Of a stretch of DNA of 64,000 bases, positions 27,459 through 36,600 are shown in pieces. The notes below the pieces were generated by a model. The model saw only the letters and a program-made list of their open reading frames with translations, had not been told where the DNA came from and searched no databases. Origin of the DNA: Methanobacteriota archaeon. Lineage in GTDB: Archaea; Thermoplasmatota; Poseidoniia; Poseidoniales; Thalassarchaeaceae. The stretch lies in assembly GCA_002722595.1 (NCBI GenBank), contig PBMO01000024.1, positions 11,700 to 75,699 of the forward strand, in the 5' to 3' direction. Every line of letters begins with the position of its first letter. Position 1 is the first letter of the stretch. Position numbers and translations under genes: made by a program.

Positions 27459-27929
27459 ATGGAGCCACTAGGCAGAACTCCATTTGAACACGCCCTCGCT
27501 CTTGCGTGGACTGATGGTGTAATGACTGCTATGGAATTCCGTCATTTAGACACACTTCAGCAAGCTTTGGGCATTAGTGATCAAGAGCGTTCTCTAATTG
27601 AGGAAAATTATGAAAATAAACTAGTTGAAGGTACGGCTAAAGTCGGCACAGACCGAGACTCACTTGCCAAATGGATAGATGCCATCCGCGCATTAACTGC
27701 AGTCCACCCAGATATATCCAGCGGCTTAGCTCGCCGTCTTGGTGGTACTGCCTTACGTGCAGGCCTCACTCAAGCCGGTTGGAAATTGGGCTATACATGG
27801 ATGAATCAATTGGGTTTGGCAAAACCATTCGCCGAAGGATGTTGGATGGTTGGGGGCCCCCTTCCCCCCCTCAACGCTGTCCCCCTAGCACTAGCTCCCG
27901 TTGCCAATAGTTTGTCACTACTAGAGTAG
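27459..27929 (+). CDS. Hypothetical protein with N-terminal TerB-like module
   Basis: FEHALALAWTDGVMTAMEFRHLDTLQQALGISDQER; starts immediately after the upstream stop. Confidence 0.72.
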   Translation: MEPLGRTPFEHALALAWTDGVMTAMEFRHLDTLQQALGISDQERSLIEENYENKLVEGTAKVGTDRDSLAKWIDAIRALTAVHPDISSGLARRLGGTALRAGLTQAGWKLGYTWMNQLGLAKPFAEGCWMVGGPLPPLNAVPLALAPVANSLSLLE

Positions 27930-27964
27930 TGGTGAAATTTGGCAACTTCTCTATGCGGATAGCG

Positions 27965-28327
27965 TTATTCACTATGGGCTTCCAATAAATCGATTGAGAT
28001 TATTGCCAATGCTTCCTCATGGGTACACTCCAAACTGACTGGACAAGCGACACCTGCATTGGCCGCATCTAACCAAGTCTGTGCACAGACACACCAACGA
28101 TCTCCAGCCTTGAGTCCTGGGAAATTGAATTGCGGGGCCGGCGTAATCAAATCATTGCCCTTGGATAGAGCAAAATTCAGGAATTCATCCGTCAGAATAC
28201 AGCATACAGTGTGAGATCCCCTATCACTAGAATCTGTGTTGCAACAGCCATCTCGGTACCACCCAGTCATTGGATCAGTAGAACAGGGTTGAAGTTCAGT
28301 CCCATTGACATTGACACTTGGGTGCAT
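27965..28327 (-). CDS. DUF2237 family protein
   Basis: LQPCSTDPMTGWYRDGCC, GNDLITP, FPGLKAGDRWCVCA. Confidence 0.9.
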   Translation of the reverse strand: MHPSVNVNGTELQPCSTDPMTGWYRDGCCNTDSSDRGSHTVCCILTDEFLNFALSKGNDLITPAPQFNFPGLKAGDRWCVCAQTWLDAANAGVACPVSLECTHEEALAIISIDLLEAHSE

Positions 28328-28400
28328 ATAACGACGGTAGTATGGGGAATCTTAACTCTGTGTGAATATTCCTTTCCTTCGAATAATTGAAAGCATATCT

Positions 28401-28793
28401 TTAGGGTCGAATTTCAAGTACCCAATCAAGCGATGCTCCTGCCCCAGTGACCATTGCTCCGACGCTACAATTTTTCTCATGGCTTTTTTCGATAATCCTC
28501 TCTACTAATTTTTGAGGAACATCACCTTCGATGACATAATTCATTCTAATGGCAGTAAATTTTCGAGGAGGTTCTTCGCGTCGATCGGCATCCAATTCAA
28601 TCCACATATCTCGCACATTTTCCATGCGGTGCTTGAGGCCGGTGATGACATCCAGTAGCGTACATCCACCATGGGCAAGAAGAACCATCTGAACGGGATT
28701 CGGCGACTCACTTGTGTGCATTGGCATGGTAATCCCGTGTTGGTTTTCACCCTCTAAATCTTCATCCCCCATCCAGCGTACGATTCCCTTCAT
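28401..28793 (-). CDS. OsmC family protein
   Basis: PVQMVLLAHGGCT, RREEPPRKFTAI, SHEKNCSV (two conserved Cys). Confidence 0.85.
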   Translation of the reverse strand: MKGIVRWMGDEDLEGENQHGITMPMHTSESPNPVQMVLLAHGGCTLLDVITGLKHRMENVRDMWIELDADRREEPPRKFTAIRMNYVIEGDVPQKLVERIIEKSHEKNCSVGAMVTGAGASLDWVLEIRP

Positions 28794-28867
28794 ATCTACG
28801 CGCACACGTAAGGAGTGGATGAGGGTTAGCATCATCAATGTCCTCTTTCTCGGCGCGATTGAGAGAC

Positions 28868-30094
28868 ATGTCTGGTACTACAATCACAATGCAAAATGGC
28901 GCACTAAATGTCCCAAATGACCCGATAGTTCACTATATCGAGGGAGATGGCATCGGAATCGACATTACTCCCGTAATGATTGAAGTCGTTGATGCTAGTG
29001 TGAACAAAGCCTACAATGGGGAAAAGCAAATCCATTGGAATGAAGTGCTTGCTGGTGAGAAAGCCTTCAATGCAACAGGAGAATGGTTACCTGATGAGAC
29101 ACTCGATGCAATGAGAAATGGGTTAGTATCAATCAAAGGACCCCTAACAACACCTGTTGGTGGCGGGATTCGAAGCCTCAACGTCGCTCTCAGGCAGCGT
29201 CTCGATCTTTTCGCATGTGTCCGTCCGGTTCGCTGGTATGCAGGCACCCCTAGTCCAGTGCGAGACCCAGGAGCAGTCGACATGATTATTTTCAGAGAAA
29301 ACAGTGAAGACGTCTATGCAGGAATAGAATGGGAAGCAGGTTCTGATGAGGTTGCCAAAGTGATAGAGTTCCTCCAGAATGAAATGGGAGTCACCAAGAT
29401 CCGCTTCCCAAATACAAGTGGTATCGGAATCAAACCAATCTCCAGCGAAGGGACAGGACGAATTGTTCGTGCCGCAATTCGATATGCGATTGACAACGAC
29501 AAGGATAGCGTAACACTTGTTCACAAGGGCAACATCATGAAATTTACAGAAGGAGGCTTCCGAGATTGGGGTTACCAACTTGCGCAGGATGAATTTGGTG
29601 CAGAGTTACTTGATGGAGGCCCTTGGTGTTCGCTAATCAATCCAAATACAGGAAATACAATCATCATCAAAGATGTAATTGCAGATGCGATGTTACAACA
29701 AGTATTGACTCGACCAAGAGAGTACGGAGTTCTAGCAACAATGAATCTCAATGGCGATTATATTTCAGATGCACTTGCAGCCCAAGTTGGAGGAATTGGA
29801 ATAGCACCTGGTGCCAATATCAATTATGATACGGGAATTTCGATATTTGAGGCAACTCATGGCACCGCTCCGAAATATACAGGACAGGACAAAGTCAACC
29901 CAGGAAGTCTGATTCTCAGCGCAGAAATGATGCTACGGCATATGGGTTGGTCCGAAGCAGCAGATCTCATTGTGAAGGGAATGGAGGGCGCGATTAGTGC
30001 CAAGACGGTGACTTACGATTTTGAGAGATTAATGGAAGGTGCCACCCTACTCAAGTGCTCAGAGTTTGGACAGGCAATCATTGAACATATGTAA
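28868..30094 (+). CDS. icd: NADP-dependent isocitrate dehydrogenase
   Basis: [57 protein letters not shown]. Confidence 0.98.
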   Translation: MSGTTITMQNGALNVPNDPIVHYIEGDGIGIDITPVMIEVVDASVNKAYNGEKQIHWNEVLAGEKAFNATGEWLPDETLDAMRNGLVSIKGPLTTPVGGGIRSLNVALRQRLDLFACVRPVRWYAGTPSPVRDPGAVDMIIFRENSEDVYAGIEWEAGSDEVAKVIEFLQNEMGVTKIRFPNTSGIGIKPISSEGTGRIVRAAIRYAIDNDKDSVTLVHKGNIMKFTEGGFRDWGYQLAQDEFGAELLDGGPWCSLINPNTGNTIIIKDVIADAMLQQVLTRPREYGVLATMNLNGDYISDALAAQVGGIGIAPGANINYDTGISIFEATHGTAPKYTGQDKVNPGSLILSAEMMLRHMGWSEAADLIVKGMEGAISAKTVTYDFERLMEGATLLKCSEFGQAIIEHM

Positions 30095-30097
30095 CGC

Positions 30098-33000
30098 TCA
30101 ACCTTCTTCTGCCCATTTGATTAATCGATCAATTAACTCAGATTTCTTCCCGCTAACTGGAAGATCCCTTTCCTTGAGTAGATCAGTCAACTCTTTCTTG
30201 GTCATTGTATCTAGATCCGGTAATTCCGGTTTAGTGGAATCTTCTTCCACATTTTCAATTTCAGCATTAATCATCTCGACGATATCTTCAGCATCCTCGT
30301 TAGCTACAGTCTCTTGCTTCCGCCTTACTCTCTTCCGCTTGTTTTCACTAACAGGTTTTGTCGGCGTATTGTCAAAGGTATGATCTGCAATTCTTCGGTT
30401 CCATAAATCGATATAATGACCTGGAGAAAAGCGACCTGCTTCCACGTGTAGGAACATTCTCTTGGTAGCAGCATCCGTTGTCAAACCAAGGGAAACAGCT
30501 TTCTCCATAACAGATGCCAACTCATCATTTTCCTTTTGTTCCATCAATACATCATCGTCATCAAATTCGAATTTCCGGTCTTCGATTTCTGATATAATTT
30601 GTTGAAATTGCCTATTGGATATAATTCCCGCTTCAAACAAACTAGTTGCTTGATTGGCAGCCCTTCTTAGTTGCAAAGGATTTGTAGCACTTGCAACGAT
30701 ATCCATCATCTTCTTCTTCTGCTTCCCCCTTCCAGTTAGTATCAAGGTTCGTTGACCAACAACGAGTAAGAGAACGATTGGAATTAGGATAATACCAATT
30801 GCAGTTATTTCACCTGCTAGTAATTGCTCAAAGAAGGTTTCATCTTCTGCGGCTTTGATTGCATCATCACATCCATCTTTGTCGAGATCGTTGAGTGTTT
30901 CAGTCCACAGTTCTGGGCATAAATCAAATTCATCGAGAACACCATCTCCATCGTCATCATCGTCCTCTGCACCATCACGACAACCATCAAGATCCATATC
31001 ATTGCTAATATCAATAGGAACAATTAGGCCATCATTGGTCCTAATCACTTCACCCTGTGGACAAGCATCTTCATCGTCATTTAGACCATCAGCATCATCA
31101 TCATCGTCTTCAAACGAATCCAAACAACCGTCACCATCTATGTCATTCGTTTCATTGGAAATCCAATTTTTCTGTGAACCAATTGATGCCGAACAACCAT
31201 CGAGTACGTTGCCATTGACATCACGATCATTGACTCCATCGTTATCATCATCTAGATCTTCACTGAAATCCCAACATCCATCATTGTCATAATCTGTTAA
31301 CAGGGTCGGCGTCCATCCCTTGTTCCCTTTGGGGCATGAATCATTTTCATCGAGAACACCATCTCCATCATCATCATCATCACACAAATCACCATACATG
31401 TCATTGTCATAATTATCTTGGTCAGTATTTTCAATATCCAAACAATTGTCAAAGGTATCCCCTACGAGGTCCCCATCTCTGTCATTGAGGGGGTCGCAAC
31501 CATCAGGAATACCATCGAAATCCGAATCTAAAGCATCATTGAAGCCATTACAGATATCATAGGTATCCGACCATCCATCGCCATCACTATCTTCCCCAGG
31601 CCACGAATACCACTGATCTTGGACAAGCACATCTCCATCAATTGATTCCAATATGCTGGACATGTTTGTTGTCCCAAACCAGTTATCTTCTGCAACAATA
31701 TCAGCAGATGTAAGAAGTGGAGCATCAATAACAAGTTGATCTATTGTTGTGAATATGTTATCTGTCACAGTGATGGTGTCAATCGTATTTGGTGAACTCT
31801 GTGAAATTGAAATCGCTTGAACCAATTCTGACATGTTGTTATCTGAGATTGTTGCAAACCGAACATCAGTCATATCAATAGCAACACTTGATGTTAGATT
31901 CGACATGATATTGTCTTGAATCGCAATGGACCCGATACTATCCAATATTAGCATCGGCACACCATTTGCCCCACTATTTGAGAATTGATTATTCAAAATA
32001 GTCGTTTGAGAAATTAAACCATTTACTGGTTTGATTCTAATCGTAGATGCAGAATCAGAAATAATATTCCCAGAGAAGTCAACAGATGACAATTGCCCAG
32101 CCCCAGTATCAACAGCATTGGGAGTTGTTGTGAATATGAAATTCCCATCGATATCATTGAATTCGTTATTCGATATTTCCACATCTCCCCTTAATCCAGA
32201 TGCAATAATTGCGGAAGACGAAGAGGAATTTCCATTGAATACCATATTTTTAATCGTCAAATCTGAGATTCCACCGGGTGCATTAATGTGAAACATGGAT
32301 TGGCCAGAGGAAGTACCTCCATCCAAAGTAAGACCGTCAAAAGTCAAGTTTTGAATCAGATAAGTTGCTTGTACATTTACACCACCAACAATTTCGGGAC
32401 TTGCACCCTCCTCTGCCTTGAGCATTAGATTTGCAAGAATTTCTGAATTAGATATGGTTAAAATTTCATCGAAAACACCATCTGACAATTCGATTGTAAA
32501 CCAACTATTCTGTGATGCCACAACTGTATGTGCGACAGCCTCACTAGCACTTGAAAAATACGCAATCGACTCACCGATTAGAAGAGAAAGATTCTTCCCA
32601 CCCGTTTTTGCATATGGTTCGAGTTTTGTTTCCTCAACAGTAGTCGAATCGCCCACATTGATCATGTAAACACCAACATCATTGAAGTTTGAATTATCTT
32701 CATTGAAAACTCCTCCATCAGTTAGTTGTAGCGCGGCACCAACATCCAATCGCTCGTACAGATTATTTTGAACAGTCACCCCACCCTGTTGGTCATCAGG
32801 ATAAGAAGTTCCAAAATTCCAGTTTACTTGTTCATGAGCAAAAATGGCCATTCCTGGTGTGGGTAAACCATCAACTCCTGGCAACCCACCCCACAAACCA
32901 TCATGGATGTCAGCAAATCTATTGTTCTCGATAAGGGCTCCTCCGCCCTCATTAAGAGAATGTACTTCATGCAAGGAAATCCCTAGACCAATGGAACCCC

Positions 33001-33634
33001 CAACACCTCCGATGTCATAGATTTCATTTCCTCTAATTTCTAAACCATCAATTGTATTCGTTGCAGTACCACCGGGTTTAGCATCAGTCAATATCCCCCA
33101 TGACGTTGAACGAGCACCATCAACTCTTTTTGCCATCCCGTGGATGAAGTTGTTATTGATTTCAATATCTGATAAATTACCTTGTGCGCCAGAGACATAT
33201 ATTCCCCATCGGGTACTTTCATCACCTCGAATATCAAAGCCATCAATTGATACCAGACTACTTTGAATCAGGAATCCACCAGACGTTTGTTCAATATCCA
33301 CAATTGTTTCCTCTAGGCCCCCTGCACTCCTAACCAAAGCACTCTGCCCACTACCTGCACCTTTCAGACTTAGAGGGTGGGAGATGGTAATGGAGCCTGT
33401 AAGCTCGTATGTTCCAGCATTTACCCAGATGGTATCACTCGGGCTCGATGCTATGACTGCATCCGCAATTGTACAATATGGATCTTCCACAGAACCATCA
33501 CCGAAATTGGGGCAATTGGCAACATCCACATATATTTCACTTCGACCTTGTGTGGCAGAACTCATTGGCAAAGATACAGAGAGGAACAAAAGAGAAACAA
33601 GCGCAAACGCAAGCACACGCTTTGAACCAATCAC
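30098..33634 (-). CDS. Giant surface protein: signal peptide, parallel beta-helix, TSP3-like Ca-binding repeats, TM, cytoplasmic SAP domain
   Basis: GDGSVEDPYCTIADAV start; I-x-x-N-x-F beta-helix repeats; DxDxDG...D.C repeats; TM; LDTMTKKELTDLLKERDLPVSGKKSELIDRL. Confidence 0.85.
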   Translation of the reverse strand: MIGSKRVLAFALVSLLFLSVSLPMSSATQGRSEIYVDVANCPNFGDGSVEDPYCTIADAVIASSPSDTIWVNAGTYELTGSITISHPLSLKGAGSGQSALVRSAGGLEETIVDIEQTSGGFLIQSSLVSIDGFDIRGDESTRWGIYVSGAQGNLSDIEINNNFIHGMAKRVDGARSTSWGILTDAKPGGTATNTIDGLEIRGNEIYDIGGVGGSIGLGISLHEVHSLNEGGGALIENNRFADIHDGLWGGLPGVDGLPTPGMAIFAHEQVNWNFGTSYPDDQQGGVTVQNNLYERLDVGAALQLTDGGVFNEDNSNFNDVGVYMINVGDSTTVEETKLEPYAKTGGKNLSLLIGESIAYFSSASEAVAHTVVASQNSWFTIELSDGVFDEILTISNSEILANLMLKAEEGASPEIVGGVNVQATYLIQNLTFDGLTLDGGTSSGQSMFHINAPGGISDLTIKNMVFNGNSSSSSAIIASGLRGDVEISNNEFNDIDGNFIFTTTPNAVDTGAGQLSSVDFSGNIISDSASTIRIKPVNGLISQTTILNNQFSNSGANGVPMLILDSIGSIAIQDNIMSNLTSSVAIDMTDVRFATISDNNMSELVQAISISQSSPNTIDTITVTDNIFTTIDQLVIDAPLLTSADIVAEDNWFGTTNMSSILESIDGDVLVQDQWYSWPGEDSDGDGWSDTYDICNGFNDALDSDFDGIPDGCDPLNDRDGDLVGDTFDNCLDIENTDQDNYDNDMYGDLCDDDDDGDGVLDENDSCPKGNKGWTPTLLTDYDNDGCWDFSEDLDDDNDGVNDRDVNGNVLDGCSASIGSQKNWISNETNDIDGDGCLDSFEDDDDDADGLNDDEDACPQGEVIRTNDGLIVPIDISNDMDLDGCRDGAEDDDDDGDGVLDEFDLCPELWTETLNDLDKDGCDDAIKAAEDETFFEQLLAGEITAIGIILIPIVLLLVVGQRTLILTGRGKQKKKMMDIVASATNPLQLRRAANQATSLFEAGIISNRQFQQIISEIEDRKFEFDDDDVLMEQKENDELASVMEKAVSLGLTTDAATKRMFLHVEAGRFSPGHYIDLWNRRIADHTFDNTPTKPVSENKRKRVRRKQETVANEDAEDIVEMINAEIENVEEDSTKPELPDLDTMTKKELTDLLKERDLPVSGKKSELIDRLIKWAEEG

Positions 33635-33644
33635 AATCTCACCT

Positions 33645-36600
33645 CTAACTCAACCAATCATCATCATCAGAGGGAGCATCATCTAAATTTTCAGCATCCC
33701 TGTATTCCTTGTATGCTTCCCATTCTTCATCAGAAATCTCCCCATCACCATCAGTGTCAATAGCATCGAACATCACGTCGCCAGCTTCACTTCTTTCCCA
33801 AGCAGACCTTTCAGCGGCTTTTCTTCGCATAAGGGCCATCATAGTCAATCCAACAGCAATCATTAGTGCGATAACAAAGGCACCAATAGCCCAGTAATCC
33901 TTACTTTCTTTTTCAGCAATCCCACTTGACAAAACACAACCCTGAGCATCAACGATAGATCTTTGCGCTTTCAGCGTATTTGGACAGATATCGAATTCAT
34001 CGATTACTCCATCCCCATCCCCATCGTCTGTTATCGTGTCACCTTCAATAGCACAACCATTGGTTTTGACAGGTGTATTTGCTTTAGTATTGATACATCG
34101 GTCCAAATCATTGGTAATGCCATCTCCATCACTATCAAGTTGATAATTCGCGCAACCATTGACATTGACATTTAGATCTTCAACAGTGTTTGGACATGCA
34201 TCCAATATGTCGACAACTCCATCATTATCTGCATCAGATAATCCAGCCGTACACCCAAGTAAATCGACTTCTGCTCCGAATGGGGTATTCAAACATTGGT
34301 CATTTGCATCAGACACCCCGTCATCATCGGCATCTCTCTGAGTGGAGCCACAACCAACCAAGTCAGTAGTAACAACATCATAACCGGGAGTTCCTGGGCA
34401 ATCATCATTTGAGTCGGGAACTCCATCATTATCAGAATCCTTCTGACTCAAACCGCAACCCTGTGAATCTACTACGTCACTTGCGGGGGTGAAAGGACAA
34501 TTGTCGTATATGTCTGCAACACCATCCATGTCATTGTCATCGGTAACAGCATCACCTTCCGCACAACCGACCAAATTGATTTCAGATCCAGGAGGCGTGG
34601 TATCACACACATCAATTTCGTCATTGATAGAATCTCCATCAGAATCTTTCTCAGAAGGTGCACAACCATCCATATCAACAGACGAACTCAATGGGGAATC
34701 GGGACATAAATCTGCATTATCCATAACTCCGTCCCCATCACTGTCCAGTTGGGATCCTCCGCAACCAAATTCATTGACAGATTCATTTCCAGGGGTTCCC
34801 GGACATTGATCTGCAATATCCTTGTAACCGTCTCCATCAGTATCTCTTTCAGAAGGCCCACAACCTGTTTGGATATTGACCTGTGCGTGTTCCGAAAATG
34901 GGGTATTCAAACATTGGTCAATATCCTCAGTCACGGAATCTCTGTCGGTGTCATCAAGACAACCGTCTGCCCCCAAAACGCCAGTCCCATCTCCAACGTA
35001 TGCATCATACTCAGGTGCAGCAAATTCATCCGGGCAACTGTCATCTGGATCATAAAATTGGTCTTCATCCGCATTATCTATGCAACCGTCCGCTCCAGTT
35101 TCAGATGAGCCAATCCCTGTATAATCATCGTAATTCAATGCATTTTCGGTTGGACAGAGATCATTCCATATAGGCACTTGATCACCATCGTCGTCAGATT
35201 CTAAAATCTCCAAAACCTGCACCACTTGAACAGAAGTACCACCTATATCGTCGATAGCTCTCAAAATGATAAGCAGATTCCCAGTTGGCAGTAAATTGGT
35301 ACTGAAGTTGTTTGAATTGGGCATGCGATCCCATCCAGTAAAACCCTCGTAAACATCAGTCTGATTGTAGTATTCAACGGTCCCTTCATTCACATCATAC
35401 TTCTCAATAATCCATTCATAGGTAGTGATTGGTCTTTCACTAGTAAACTCAACGGTGAAATTGACCGGACGTCCTTTGAACACAGCCTGCCCTGTAGGGG
35501 TACTCTGCCAATATTCACTAGTTATTCCCTGACTCCCTACCACAAGTTCAGGACGATCCCAAACTGAAAGGTTGAACTCGGAAGAATCGTAACCCCCTCC
35601 ATTCCATGAATAAAGAGTCAATTCTAATGGTTCATGCTGTGTTGTAGTCGGAGTTCCTGAAATCACACCACTTGTAGCATTGAAAGTCATGCCGGGAGGC
35701 AACACCCCGTTATTTTTACCAGGAGGATTTGCAGAAACCATCTGAAGGCCGTGATCGTTTGTGTTTGAAGCCGCGATACCTGTAAGATAGTTGTTCCCTT
35801 CTCCACCACAATATGGAGCAAGTTCTCCTTCAATCTCTAAACAGATTGTGGATCTAATATTGTACGATTCACTTCCACTCAACTTGGCAACATACATCCC
35901 AGTAACACTCTTGTAATCTTCATCATTACCAACACCTTTCCAATTCAAGGCATGCCATCCACCCTTATTTGCTCCAAAGCATCGAACGAGATTGTCTTCA
36001 AACAGGACACATGTACCACTATCACTCTTTGCAACAGTGACGGGTACAGAGTTTGAATCGATTGTCAAACTATATCCACTGGCATGGTCTGTGAAATCAA
36101 TATGGTTCACGTTGTCTGAATATGTGTCAGTACTACTGCTTGGATTGTTTTGGCGATCATGTCCTTCCCCCCAACACCAAAGCCGAACCACAATTGATGC
36201 AGAATCCGTACGGTCGTTTCCAATCACGCAAACACCATTATTATCTAAATCAAAGTCAGTGATTTCAACATCAGTATATGCTGAACTGAATGACACCTTA
36301 ATTGGAACTTCGTTTTGCTTAGTCTTGCTGTAGTCTCCAGCTATACTACCTCCATAAGTGGCCAACCAATTTGACTCATTATGTCCATTAGCAGGAGTAT
36401 TACTAGTACCGCCCCAACACCATAAATCTCCATCCGAGTCCAAGGCACAAACCCTGCTTGTGTAGACTTCAACATCAATGAAATTTACAGTTTCATCTAC
36501 ATGAACTCTGGTTGGATAATATCGTGATTGACGGTCCCCCACACCCAATTGCCCATTGGCGTTACTTCCCCAACAATACAACTTCGCACTTGCGATTGCA

